Shown: positions 1-14,200, numbered from the stretch's first letter. The stretch is 64,000 bases of DNA from Octopus vulgaris (GCA_951406725.2 OX597820.1:76880001-76944000), one strand, 5' to 3'. Notes: generated by a model not told the origin, from the sequence alone. Numbers and translations: made by a program.

Positions 1-349
1 TCACAGCTAGAATTAAGTCTTTCAAAGCATTCTTTTATATTTTAGAAGATATGATTTCATTAGAATGTAATTTGATTGCCATTTCTAAGTGTCTTTCGTT
101 TACTTGCCAAGTAATGAATAGCATCAATGGGTACAGAGGTGTGGGGATTGCAAGTACGCTTATTAAGGTTCTATTTATATCTTTATCTTACTCTATTTCT
201 CTCTCTCTTTCTCTCTCTTTCTCTCTCTCTCTTTCTCTCCCTTTCTCTCTCTCTCTCTCTCTCTCTCTTCCGCATTTGTTAAAACACGTTCCCCCACGAG
301 TTGTTTTCTTTTCATGTTCCTTAACATATGCTCATGTGCGTAGTTGTGT

Positions 350-582
350 ACATACATACCTACATACCTACATACATACATACATACATACATACATACA
401 CACATACATACATACATACATACATACACACATACATACATACAAACATACATACATTCATACATACATACACACACACACACATACATACATACATACA
501 CACACATACATACATACATACATACATACATACACACATACATACATACATACATACATACATACATACATACATACATACA
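350..582. repeat. (TACA)n microsatellite, representative of dozens of (TA)n/(CA)n/(TACA)n/(TAGA)n tracts in the window
   Basis: Tetranucleotide repeat read directly; it explains the HTYI/MYVC pseudo-ORFs. Confidence 0.97.
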
Positions 583-1039
583 TGTGTGTTTGAGGAAGTA
601 TGCTTGTGTTTATGTAAAAATATACTCAGTGCGTAGTTCACAGTGTGACCCTACTCCGTCGTATTTTAAACAGGACTCTTCTACTGCAGGTTTCATTAAC
701 TTCTATACATTGTATTTTAAATTAAGTGAAAAACTGCGAGGAATTTCGATGTACATGCTCTTTGTATATCCAAACTTGTCACGCTATCTATCACTATCAG
801 ACGACCCGATCCAAATATTACGTTGAGTGGAAGTAGACTGGAATATTACGTTTTAAAATACAATCAGGGAACTGTTACGCTCATCAGACACCAGCAATTT
901 CCATTATTTCAAACCCAGCTTGTGATGCTTTCATATCTATATTTCTCCTCACGTTATCCCCCATTAACACCTGGGTGACACTGTCTCGTGTCTTAAGACA
1001 CTTTGGGTCGTTTACTCAGTTCCATACTTGGCCACGATA

Positions 1040-1208
1040 GTAATATCCCACCTTGAATGGGGACATCAGTCTGTCACAGGTTTAATCATTTGCAGCTGAC
1101 TGGACCGGAGTAACGTGAAATGAAGGGTTTTATTTATGAATGAAATAAACCGTTCGGGGATCGAAACCAGGACTTTGCGAGCAACATCCTAAACACTTGA
1201 CTACGCGT
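1040..1208 (-). mobile_element. Degenerate tRNA-derived SINE fragment
   Basis: The minus strand has a B-box-like GGTTTCGATCCC followed by TTTATTTCATT...TTCACGTTACTCCGGTCCAGTCAGCTG, resembling the body of the SINE at 9632. Confidence 0.5.
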
Positions 1209-1551
1209 TTCATGTATTTATGCGTCTTGTCTAATATAAATATATAAAATAAAGCATGCAAATATTTGTGTATGTGAAGACTAAAAGTGACATCATAAAA
1301 CAAATTATAACAATGTATTTAAGCAAAATAGGTGTTGATTAGTTGTGGTTGTTGGAGTTACCCAGGTTTTATGATTTTTGGCGCATGGATAATAGGATGA
1401 GAAAAAGTGTATCGCAGCTGGGGCCAAAATAACCTGTAAAATCTTTAATAGCCTCAATGCTATTCGGTGATTTCGAGGAAGATATTCCGTCGGAAGATGA
1501 AGGTCGATAAATATCCAGAAGCAAAGTAACACGTAAAATATAAATATTGTT

Positions 1552-1719
1552 GGCGTGGATGTGTGGTAAGAAGCTTGCTCCGGCTTCAGTCCCACTGCGT
1601 GGCACCTTGAGCAAATGTGTCTTCTACTGTAGTCTCGAGTCGATGAAAGCGCTGAGTGGATTTGTTAGACGGAAACTGAAAGAAGCCTATCGTGTATATA
1701 TATATATATATATATATAC

Positions 1720-1773
<54 letters not shown>

Positions 1774-1989
1774 GTGTGTGCCTGTTCTAGTCCCTCCACC
1801 AACGCTTGACAACTGATCTTGGTGTGTTTACGTTCCCGTAACTTAGCGGTTCGGCGAAAGCCAACTCTCGAATAAGTATCAGGCTTACAAAGATTAAGTC
1901 TAGGGTTCGATTTTTTCGACTAAAACGTGGTTGCCCCAGCATGGCCACAGTAAAAAATGACTGAAACAAGTAAAAGTGTAAAAGTGTAA
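1552..1989 (+). mobile_element. SINE family A copy (tRNA-like head, internal TA/TG microsatellite, GTAAAA-repeat tail)
   Basis: Shares CCCACTGCGTGGCACCTTG, GTGGATTTG.TAGACGGAAACTGAAAGAAGCC and CCAGCATGGCCACAGT...TGACTGAAACAAGTAAAAG with many other copies in the window. Confidence 0.9.
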
Positions 1990-2344
1990 TAGCACCGTGT
2001 TTCATTCAACGTATGAAATTAAAGAGAGAATAAATAACATTCTGGAATACTTTATGTATTGTTCTAAACTAGTGAAAGTTAGAAGAGGAAAATGAAGGAG
2101 AACCAAACAGATCATTTAATCTACGGAATGGTAGTCCAAGTTTAACTTAAGATAATAACATTGCTATTTTTTCCTTGATCCCTACGACTCGTAAGGCCGT
2201 TATTTGTTTTGGGTTTCCGTAGCCTATAAGTGGCTAAGATAACAGCAGTCCTGCAGAACGGGACGCGAATACGCAGCAGAGATTATGAACAGTAATTTTG
2301 AGGAGAAACTGCAAGTCGACAACGTAGACTCCCATATTTCACTA

Positions 2345-2481
2345 ATACCTTATTTTATTGACCTAGAAGGGATACGAAGAGGAGTTGACTGCAGTAGAAT
2401 TTGACCTCTGAACGTAAAAATCCGGTAGAAATGCCGTTAAGTGTTTTGTCCGACGCGTTAACGATTCTGCCAGCTCTCCGC
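2345..2481 (-). mobile_element. SINE family B copy (degenerate)
   Basis: Reverse complement of the GAGCTGGCAGAA..GTTA head and the CCTTT..GGTC.ATAAAATAAG core seen at 23495 and 63828. Confidence 0.7.
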
Positions 2482-2559
2482 ATTTGAAAGTAAAGCAAAG
2501 ATCCTATCATATCTTAAAATTACGGATCGGCAAATTGATAGAGAATTGCTAAGATAAAA

Positions 2560-2772
2560 TATTGGTTTCAAATTTTGACACATGACCGGAAATTTCGGAG
2601 AAGAAGATAAGTTGATTATATCAACCCCAGTGCACAACTGGTACATATTTTATCGACCCTGAAAGGATGAAAAGCAAGGTCAACCTCGATGGAATTTCAG
2701 CTGAGAACGTAGACGGACGAAATGCCTCAAAACATTTTGTCCGGCGTGCTAGCATTTCTTCCAACTCACCGC
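2560..2772 (-). mobile_element. SINE family B copy
   Basis: TTTTATCGACCCTGAAGGATGAAAAGCAAGGTCAACCTCG core, matching the copies at 51596-51640 and 63920-63960. Confidence 0.8.
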
Positions 2773-2793
2773 ATGTGGAAAAAACAATGCCCC

Positions 2794-3137
2794 ACTCTTT
2801 TACTTGTTTCAGTCATTTGACTGCTGCCATGCTGGAGCACCGGCTTTAGTCGAGCAAATCGTCCCCAGGATTTATTCTTTGTAAGCCTAATACTTATTCT
2901 ATCGGTCACTTTTGCCGAACCGCTAAGTTATGGGGACGTAAACACCCCAGCATCGGTTGACAAGCGATGTTGGGGGGACAAACACAGACACTAACACACA
3001 TATATATATACGACGGGCTTCTTTCAGTTTCCGTCTACCAAATCCACTCACAAGGCTTTGGTTGGCCCGAGTCTATAGTAGAAGACACTTGCCCAAGATG
3101 CCACTCCGTGGGACTGAACCCGGAACCACTCCTGCGC
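2794..3137 (-). mobile_element. SINE family A copy
   Basis: CTCTTTTACTTGTTTCAGTCATTTGACTGC...CGACGGGCTTCTTTCAGTTTCCGTCTACCAAATCCACTCACAAGG; close match to 4884 and 52978. Confidence 0.92.
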
Positions 3138-3914
3138 TTATCGTAGTTTAAAAATACAGATGGGCATATTTAGCATAGAAATGCGAAATAGAAAATTTAT
3201 GAAAAACAAAATCTGTAATTGTCGCGAGTTGCAAGTTTTAAATATAAATATTTTTGATAAGAGATTATAGGTTGCTATGCACCAATAAATATAAGTAAAA
3301 GTCAAGTGTGTCAAACTGTAAATGTTGCACCGTGACAAAACGGACAAAAACCCACATGGTTCCACACACCTAGCTGTAAACATGTAGCATCAATTAATTT
3401 GCGGTAGTGTTGCATGAGAGTGCGTGTGTTTGTGCGTATGTGTGTGTCTGTGCTTGCGTGAATCTCTGTACCTTAGTGCTACGGCCAAAACATTTTAGGT
3501 CGACTGGTCGATGGTAGTTCGATTACCGATACAGGTATTCACGGTCACGATTCTTCGATATCGTAGGTATACGATAGGAAATATATAGTTTCCTAAGCGT
3601 GCGTTTAATATTGCCATTCACTATATGAAGAAATTTTATTATTATTTTTTTTGTTCCGGTACAAAGATATACCGCAATTACACGTGTTCGACGGATACAA
3701 GAAAGATAGCGACTCTATAGTGTGTCTGTGTCAAGAGATACCGGGAAGAATGAATGACCTACGTCTTCTGTTTTTTAACATATTCACCATCGTCAGAAGT
3801 GAAAGGTCGATAGTATACGGGAGTTTTATACGTATGTGCGTGTGTGTGCTTGTGTGTAAATGTATCAATACATATATATATATCTATATATAATGCGTGT
3901 GTGCGTGTCCAAAA

Positions 3915-3955
<41 letters not shown>

Positions 3956-4027
3956 TATATATACACACACACACATATATACATACCACATATGTGTGTG
4001 TATATATATATACACACACACACATAT

Positions 4028-4104
<77 letters not shown>

Positions 4105-4247
4105 CGGCTATCTGATATATCTACAAATTGAGGTTTTATTGGTATTTCGATCACTAATAACCAACAAAAGTGTATATGCATGTATATACGTGTGTGCGTA
4201 TTTACACACACACACACATATATGTATATAAATATATAAGTATATAA

Positions 4248-4280
<33 letters not shown>

Positions 4281-4883
4281 AATATATATATATATATGTA
4301 TATATTTATGCATGTATATATATATATATGTATGTATATATTTATGTATGTATATACGCATATTTATGAGTGTGTGTGTGTGTGTGTTGGTCAGCATGTG
4401 TAACTGTGAATTGCATTATATAACTCAAGAAGTATTGGGAGAAATCAATCGAGATAAGGAAGGATATATAAGACTTATTTATGGCAGGAGTGCTCTTTAA
4501 TTGTCAACATACATACACACACACACACACACACACGCACACACACACACACACACACGCACACGCATACACGTTGCCTTATAGTCGTGATTCAGTACAT
4601 TTGTATAATGTGTATATAGCTGTAAGAGAGTGTCTGTGTGCATACATATTATAATAAATAGATATATATGTATGTGTACAGCAGAGTGTTTCTATATATG
4701 TGTGTGCCGTGTGTGTATTCGGCTTTCGACCGCCCGGCTCAGCTGGTTGTTCGGTTTTTACCGCAGCGGTGTGTGTGTTTGTCGGCAAACAAACATTGTT
4801 GTATGCTGTTTTCTCTCAGACTTTCTCGCTCGCTCTCTCCCTCAAATTCGCTCTCTCTTTCTTTCCATCTTCGTTTATCTCTT

Positions 4884-5284
4884 TACTCTTCACTCTTTTA
4901 CTTGTTTCAGTCATTTGACTGCGGCTATGCTGGAGCACCGCCTTTAGTCGAGCAACTCGAACCCGGGACTTATTCTTTGTAAGCCCACTACTTATTCTAT
5001 CGGTCTCTTTTTGGCGAACCGCTAAGTGACGGGGACGTAAACACACCAGCATCGGTTGTCAAGCAATGCTAGGGCGACAGAGACAGACACACAAACATAC
5101 ACTCACATATATATATATATATACATATATACGACGGGCTTCTTTCAGTTTCTGTCTACCAAATCCACTCACAAGGCCCGAGGCTATAGTAGAAGACACT
5201 TGTCCAAGGTGCCACGCAGTGGGACTAAACCCGGAATCATGTGGTTGGTAGGCAAGCTACTTACCACACAGCCATTCCTGCGCC
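4884..5284 (-). mobile_element. SINE family A copy (near full length)
   Basis: Colinear with 52978-53389 over ~400 bp. Confidence 0.93.
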
Positions 5285-5846
5285 TAACTCTTTTTAAAAC
5301 ACAAACAAATACATATATGTATGCATATATATATATATATATATATAAACATTCGTAAATATACATACATATTAATATATATATGTATATAGATAGATAG
5401 GTTATATATATGTGTGTGTGTTTGTGTGAATAGATAGATAGAAATATATACAGTTATATACGTATATCAGTGCCTATTTATATACATGTGCGTATGTATA
5501 TATATATGATTTTACACACAATCTCTCACAACCGATCTAACCATGCATATACATACATACACACACACACACACATACACACATACACACACACACACAC
5601 ATGTATATTTATCAAACAAGTGTATAAACAACCTTGTGTGGGAGAGACTGTGTAGGAGTACATACATACATACATACATACATATGTACATATTAATTTG
5701 TGTGTGTATATATATATATATATACATAAAATATATATGCATATTTATAGATGTATAAATATATATAGATATAGATACACACACACATATAGATACACAC
5801 ACACATATAGATACACACACACATATAGATACACACACATATATAG

Positions 5847-5904
<58 letters not shown>

Positions 5905-6290
5905 ATATACATATGCATATATATTTGTATATATATATATAGGTATATATAATTTACATATTTAACAAAACATATAAGCTATCTCTATAATATATATTAA
6001 ATTCACTTGAAGTATTGTGAATACGTGTATGCGTATGTCCGTGTGTGTATGTGCGCATATAGGTACTGTAGGTTACATGCATTTTATGCCAGTGACTTCC
6101 ATGCTGTCAGCCGTTCGCCTTCGACTTGGGATAGAATTGTTTCACTTTGTTTAACTCACTGCAATTCCGTGTTAAGTAAGGGCATGGCTTTATATTTTTA
6201 TGTGAGATGTAGTATGCGCGCGCTAAAGCCAGCCCGCTGCCCATGTGCATACATGTGTTTGTGTGTGTGTGTGTGTGTATATATATATAC

Positions 6291-6367
<77 letters not shown>

Positions 6368-6388
6368 CATACATATATATATATGTAT

Positions 6389-6421
<33 letters not shown>

Positions 6422-6747
6422 CATAGATATATACATATCGATATATATATATATACATATATACATACGCACACATGTTTATTCATAGATGTATGTGTAT
6501 ACATATATATATATACACACACATATATGTACGTACATATATACATATATTTATGTGTGTATCTATGTATGTATGAATATATGTATGTATGTATGTATAT
6601 ATGAATGTATCTATGTATGTATGTATATACGCACCGACAGAGTTGCCGACATGGGGTTATAACTATTGCTGCCAGTAAAATTCTTTTATTATATATTTAG
6701 TTTTTTTTTTTTCTTTTTCTTCATTGAGATGTAGGAAATTTTCTTAC

Positions 6748-6887
6748 CGGTCCGTCCTCTGGGAAAATATAGTCGACAGCTTCTCGATCCTTTTGTTCTT
6801 CAACTAAGTCAAGGGAAACCGTGGAACAGTAATTATCCCCCATGAAATCCGTTGAAGAAAATGCGGTGTTTAGAACCGGGCCAATTT
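6748..6887 (-). CDS. Candidate host-gene exon, product not recognised. An ATG at 6843 would give MGDNYCSTVSLDLVEEQKDREAVDYIFPEDGP (32 aa) ending in phase 0.
   Basis: Unique, non-repetitive sequence with an open frame. Strong acceptor TTTTCATTTCAG| before 6887 and donor CCG|GTAAGA after 6748 on the minus strand. No homology check was possible. Confidence 0.45.
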
Positions 6888-8342
6888 CTGAAATGAAAAT
6901 ATACCGACGTCCGCTTTTGAGTCGCTTTTTTATATCCTTCCTTCTCACGACTCTCTCTGTGTAATTTCGCGTCAAAAGACGTAACTGGTGTTTGAGTGAA
7001 GACACGGTTGATTAGCTGGTTGGTTGGCTTGTACGGCGGGTGGGTGGTTTAAGGGGTGGGTTTTAGTGTTATCTGTTGGTTGGTTGGTTGGTTGGTTGGT
7101 TGGTTGGCTTGTTGTTATTTTGAGTTTATTACTGGGTGTCTGTGTTTGTTGTCTGCTTGTTAGTTTTAGTTTAGTCGGCACGGTGCGATTTGCTTTGGTT
7201 CGTGTTAGTTAAGGCTTTAAGTTTCAGTCGGTCTGATTTAGCGTCGATATAGCACGTGTGCTGTTGCTTCCCTGCAATTCACACTGCACTGCTGTCTTTT
7301 TCCATACACACAGACATACACACACACACACTCACACGCAGTCTCACTCTTTCTCTCTATTTCTTTCTCACAAACACATATAGAGTCCGCCTCACTCCCT
7401 TCCTCACTCACTCAGTGTTTTACCACTACCTCATTCCCTCTCTCCCTCTCTCTCTCTCCCTCTCTCTCCCCCTCTCTCTCAATCTATTTTTTCCACTCTG
7501 TTCTTTCCAACTCCATCATATTGTGATCCTTCTCTTTATCTCGTCGCTCATTTCCCGGCTCTTTTTCTCTGTCTATCTCTAGCACACTTTTATTGCTGTA
7601 AACATGTCTGTGGGCCTGAGTGTTTGTTTATCTCTAAGTCCGCGCTCTACGCGTATGCAGGCGTGTGCATGCGTGCATGTGTGTGCATATACATATCTAT
7701 TCTTGCGTGTATGTGTTTGTGTGTTCGCGCCGTTTTTTCAATAGATGTTATTACTTGTATTTTTGTCTACATGTGCCGAAATGACTTTATATAAGCCACT
7801 GTATTTGATTATTTTTATTAACTGAAAATTTCTATAAACATGTTTATATTTTGTAATATCATTTTTTTTTTCATCGAAATCCAGACGGGGATGGGCAGTC
7901 TTCTAATTGCTTGCAGCCTCTCCAGACAAGTAGCGGAGAAAAACAAAAACAGAGACCGGTAGCTTAGACTGAATGCTTTCAACAGTGAATTCGGCGACAG
8001 GAACCTCTACACCGGGTGTTGTGCTTCTGTTCTACGTGTTCAACTTGGTTCTCCTTATGCGTGTGCGTGTGTGCCTTTTGTGTTCATTTATTACAAATAT
8101 TGTTGTAATAAAAGTTAATATCTCATTTCCAGGTGCATTGATGTGCTCTGTGAACGTATTTGCGTGTAGACATATGCTTACTGTATACAGGTGCGCATAC
8201 AAGCATTTGTTTTTGTTTTGGTGCAGCTGACATCGGAATATGGTAGTCACATGGGTAGTTCTTTCGTCTAAATAAGCAAGTCCTTTTTATTTTATTATTT
8301 AAATTCCATCACCATCACACGATCTTTCTCTCTCTATCCCTA

Positions 8343-8403
<61 letters not shown>

Positions 8404-8489
8404 CCAGCTATCTATTTGTCTGTCTGTCTCTTTGTCTATCCAGCTATTGATATATATATATATATATATGTGTATGTGTACATTATATG

Positions 8490-8544
<55 letters not shown>

Positions 8545-8858
8545 GTATATATGCACACAGGCATTGGCACACATATGGATACACACACACAAACACAGAC
8601 ATACACACAGACACACCTACACGCACGCAGTGGTCACTATTTATTGTGACTATTTTGAGACGAGACATTTCGATAACAATAACCGGCTTATATTCTCAAG
8701 CAGAATATGTAAGAATATCTGCGTATATGATAATAAAAATAATGAGATCTATTTGAAATACACCAACTTTGATAAAAAATAAGCTATAATTGATATAAAC
8801 ACGGTTTTATCAGCGTATATGGTTGTATATTTAGATATATGTGCGTATGTGTGTTTGC

Positions 8859-8893
<35 letters not shown>

Positions 8894-8961
8894 CACATAC
8901 ATACATAGATAGATAAATAGATAGATAGATTTATAGATAGATGTGTATCTGAGCGTGGTTG

Positions 8962-9074
<113 letters not shown>

Positions 9075-9096
9075 GTGTGCGTCGTTGTGTATATAA

Positions 9097-9145
<49 letters not shown>

Positions 9146-9540
9146 GTTGTAAATAAACTTATATGTTTGTCGGTGGGAGAGAGAGTCTTTATGTGTACAC
9201 ACGTATCTACAAACAATACGTTAGCCCCACCAGCGGCCGTAACATACCAGCTCTTCCCCGTCTATCACAGCCATAAACATCATCCAGAACCGCCACAAAG
9301 CTCACACCACATCTACGTAGCTATTGACCCTTTCTTTTGATCTTCGTAGGATACCCAAGGCTTCTTTAGTATTTTCTTAAAAAATGTAATAGCAATAGCT
9401 GTGATTTTAATTAGTGCATAATTTCTAATTAATTTTAGATAACTAGTTTGTTACGCACTACTTTGCTACTAACCTTATTTTATTAAACGCCTCATTTCAT
9501 ATGTTTCTCTCTCTCTATCTAACTCTCTCTTTCTCTTTTG

Positions 9541-9575
<35 letters not shown>

Positions 9576-9631
9576 AATATATATATATGGATGCGAGTGT
9601 ATATAATATATATGTATGTATATAAATACAG

Positions 9632-9979
9632 TGAAGGCGCATGGCTCAGTGGTTAGAGCGTCGAGCTTACGATCGTGAGGTTGTGAGCTCGAATCCCGGA
9701 CCGGGCTGCGTGTTGTGTTCTTGAGCAAGGCACTTTATTTCACGTTGCTCCAGTTCACTCAGCTGTAGAAATGAGTTGCGACGTCACTGGTGCCAAGCTG
9801 TATCGACCTTTGTCTTTCCATTGGATAACACTTGTGGTGTGGTGTGGAGAGGGGAGGCTGGTATGCATGGGCGACTGCTGGTCTTCCATAAACAACCTTG
9901 CCCGGACTTGTGTCTAGAAGGGTAACTATCTAGGTGCAATCCCATGGTCATTCATGACCGAATGGGGTCTTTACCTTTT
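9632..9979 (+). mobile_element. tRNA-derived SINE (family C) with CORE-like segment
   Basis: A box TGGCTCAGTGG, B-box-like GAGCTCGAATCCC, then GTGTTCTTGAGCAAGGCACTTTA (CORE-like) and a TTTACCTTT tail. Confidence 0.85.
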
Positions 9980-10039
9980 ATATAAATACATATGTATGTG
10001 TATATATTTTTGTATATAAATATGCATACATACATATAT

Positions 10040-10079
<40 letters not shown>

Positions 10080-10299
10080 GATCATATGCGTAAGCAAATG
10101 CTTATATAGGAGTGAGTTGGCAAATGAAAGGAAAAAACGACACATTAGCTGAGAGTTATGTATTTATTAACAATTTGTCTCACCCTCAGACTTACTGTAT
10201 CCATAGAACGAATCTACAAAACATTAAGTCATACAGAACTGAATCAAAATGATATGAAATTTTAATTTAAACCTTAAACTACATGACAAATAATCAATA

Positions 10300-10663
10300 C
10301 TAGCACTATGACCCGGCGTTGCCGTGTCATAGTGCTAGTGCATGCATATACAACTGCATGCGTGCACACATACACGCAAGTACTGTCCAAATCTCCGACT
10401 AATCACATACAGCTAGCTGGCATTCAATTGGCGTATCAAGTTTCGGGCATTTTGACTGGGTTTTGGATAGAAAATTCACAAAAATGTCAATTCTATTGAT
10501 TTTTTAATGTATTTGCGGGGTGATTGGGGAAATGTAAAGATGTTCACGACCACCCTTGGACGGTTTTGAATGACCATAGAAAGTGCGAGCCCTCTAACTA
10601 AAACATTGTGGAATTGTATAAAGGACACAGACACACACATTTTGCCGTTTATATATAGAGAGA
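10300..10663 (-). mobile_element. Non-autonomous Helitron
   Basis: The minus strand starts A|TC (10663) and ends CTAG|T (10300), with a terminal hairpin ACTAGCACTATGAC...GTCATAGTGCTAGT at 10299-10339 and no TSD. Confidence 0.7.
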
Positions 10664-10980
10664 TTTAAAACTTTACGTATGTTTTCTTTTATTTGCTGTA
10701 ATTATATAGTTTCCTATGCAATCGGAGTCTGAGTAATCACTATATAAAACAAGAGAAATTGCTTATGAGATAGTTAGATACACCATCTTACGAACGTTTC
10801 ATCAACGTTACCTTAGATGGAAAGAGACCAGGATTCACTATCGCGGAAAAAGGCTAGCAACATCCTGTTGTTGTTGAAATTCCAATGAAGGAGAGTTGGA
10901 TCTAGGTTAGGAACCGGCTCTTTCTCTGTTGGCAAGAAATCTTGAAATATACTGAATAATGACATCCATCCATACATACA

Positions 10981-11058
<78 letters not shown>

Positions 11059-11175
11059 CGTGTGTAAGATAAATAGAAAATAGATAGATAAATAGATAGA
11101 TATATTCAATACCACCACCATAACCACTACAATAACGTATGTCTATGTATGTGTCTGTGTGTGTTTGTGGGTGTG

Positions 11176-11214
<39 letters not shown>

Positions 11215-14200
11215 AAATCTAAATCTATGTATGTGTTCTCTTTTATTTGTTTCTCTCATTAAAGTGCGACCATGCCGAGAAGCAACCTTGAATCGCTGTA
11301 GTCATTAATATCGATCCTGCTACTTATTTTAATATCTCGCACTTGTTTTAGCAATGTCTATTTTAGCCATATCTCATACTTGCGTGCGTGATTTGAAAAA
11401 AATAATTCACTTGGTGTAGTAAATACTGTTGGCATATTAACCGAATGTCTGAGGATTCAGCCAACTATTCTTTTCTTTTTTTCGCGAATGGCGTGAAAGG
11501 ATTTTGATAAAGTTCACTCATTCATTGATTGACCGAATGATCAATCAAACAATCGAATTCTTAATTTGTTAAATTGTAAACCAATTCAAAAATGAATGTA
11601 TTTATTATTGACATACCGACCTTCCGAGATGCAGTTAAACATGTTTCAATACATGAGTTGACGTTAAGGATACAGAAGCGAATAGAAAACCTTCTATAAT
11701 ATCTTTTCTACGAGTGTTTCATAATATTTGGTTGATATTTCCCAGTCGCTGTATCTTCACCATATTTCGGTTTCAATTAATAAACAAGCAAATATATTAC
11801 AGCACAACTACTAAATCTACAACACTCTGTTTCTCTCCAATGCCAAATATATATTAGATAACGGCTGGAGGTAAGTTAATGGATGTTATGACCAACGTTG
11901 TGGCATAAATAAAAAGAAAGGTCTAGTGTTCGGTGACGCTAAAGTGCTAATTGTAAATGGCTCTTATAATTGACATCTTAAACCCGGTGGGAGAGTTATA
12001 GAGTCGGTATTTACTTCCGCCTTAATGGTATAAAAATAAATCAAACAAAACAAATCGTGACTGGAAATATTAAAAAATCATGCTGCTTTCCAAAATGCCA
12101 ATCACTATAATTTTCTTTTACACATCTTACTCTTTTTTATATACATGTCTTACTCATTGTCCAATTATTATAACCGTAATATTATTGATTATGTTCTTTA
12201 TACTGGCAAAGAACCAAAAATTTGTGAAGGAAAAACTATTGTGTAGTTTATCTAGAGCTGATTATTTTATGAACCCCAGAGAAATAAACGGCTAAATCAA
12301 TCCCGCTAGGATATGAAGTATAAGCGTTAGGGGCCAAAAATAATTACTGATAAATTTTTATTCTTTACATTCCCGGAGGCTCTGACACAATACTTATAAA
12401 CAAAGGATTATTTCTTGAAGTGAAGTCAATGATGGGGTGGGGGAGGACAAAGTAAAACACAAGTGCTGAAAATTATGAATTTCCCTACCGGAACATATGG
12501 TTCCAAAGAGCAAAGTACCTTTGCAAACTCGACTTAAATGCCTTGTGCTATAGTATAGCCATGCTTATTAACATTAAAGACAGTATACATAGATTAAGAA
12601 AATATATAAGTATTAACATTGAATACAGTATATAAAGAGGGAGAGGACAGAACGATGAAAAATGTTAACTTGTGTTACAGTTTTAATGTAAGGCTAATAA
12701 AATATACCTCACAAATATTGTGTTGTTGGTATATTAATCTGAAGTGCACATAAAACCTAGAAATTCTTCCCTATTCTAATCCATAAATTTCAAGCATCTG
12801 AAGTAAATCATGTGAATTTTTTCCTAACATTTTTCTCTCTTTTCTTAATTCCTTTCTTCTCTTCACTTTTCTTCCTTAACTTCCTTTTATAATATCTGAA
12901 GAATGTATATGTCCGAAACGTTTCAATCTGTATTTTTTCTTCTTGTTGAGGACAAGTCTTTCGTTATCCGCCAATAGGAGGAACAAAATCAATAATATTA
13001 CGGTTATAATAACCGGAAAATGAGTAAGACATGTAAATAAAATATTGTAAGATGTATAAAAGAAAATTAAATGATATTAATTATGAACGTCTCTTGGACT
13101 TCATTTGTTTTTCTGTAGTTGATTCACTTTATTTGAGTGTAATAAAGATTGTACATACCAAACCACTAAATTGATACAGAATTTCAGTTCCTTGATTTGT
13201 GTATTAACAATATCATTAGAAATTCAGATCCAAAAATGTGCAGCTTTGAGTAACTGCTCTTTGCATTCTGAGTCCAAATCGCGCTACGTTCTTGTTTAGC
13301 CTTTCATTCTCCCAGGGCAGTATAAATAAAGAATAAGGAAGCGATGGGGTTGACTTAATCGATCAGGACTTTTTTGAATCTGTAAGAAATTATTATTTGT
13401 CTTCGACAGTCTTCCTGATGATATGCTAAACCAAAACTCATGTAACATTTGAATAAGAAGTCCCGCTTTGCTGATAATATTGTTCACCTGCGGACCAAAT
13501 CATTTTTAGTAAACTTACAATCAAGTTTTGATCTCATTTTTTTCAGTCCTATTAAAATTATTCAATCTGCTCTTTACAATTTTAAGACGGTAGGATATGT
13601 TATGAACATGATTTGGCTATCATTTCCAGAAAAGAGAGCAATCACTTGGAGACATATGTTGGCTTACATAAGAAACAGAAGAGTACTTCAGTCGATTCGT
13701 TTAATTATATATCATTTCAGATCGGCGAATGGCCTAATTGATATTTCTATGTTGAGAAAAAAATACGTTCCCGACAACGTACACTTGAATATCATATTTA
13801 TTAAAAGCTCTTAAACGACTCTAAATCTTGCATGTGCTATATTCAGGTTTATGTATACATGCGTGGACGCTATTTTCACTGTAATATACAAAACATTACA
13901 AGAAAGTGAAGTCGCCAGATGATGTACAGGTAAGGGATATTAGTCCTATGGGTGTCAATTGTTATTTCATGAAAGCTTGTCAAGGACCGAGTCACGGCTG
14001 TTCCATTGGAAATGGAAGATCCCCACTACGATCGCCTCCACTACTACCACAATAACACTGTTTTTCTCTATGGGCGTGTGTGTATTTGGGTGTATGTGTG
14101 TGTGTGTGTGTGCGTGTTTCTCTATGGGCGTGTATTACCTGAGTGCACGCGTGTATGTGCGTGTGTGAGTCTGTGTTTCTCTGTGGGCGTGTGTATGTGT

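Noticed and set aside
51-826. Long ORFs such as 51-593, 3759-4397, 42364-43014 and many similar ones
   Set aside because: They are translations of (TACA)n, (TA)n, (CA)n, (AAT)n or (AGT)n microsatellites that lack stop codons by composition.
9632-9706. tRNA genes at 9632, 43277 and 54540-54605
   Set aside because: A/B boxes are present, but there is no complete cloverleaf or acceptor stem and each continues into a SINE body.
12895-12925. Hammerhead CTGAAGA...GTCCGAAACGTT
   Set aside because: Stems I and II do not pair; at most a heavily decayed relic.
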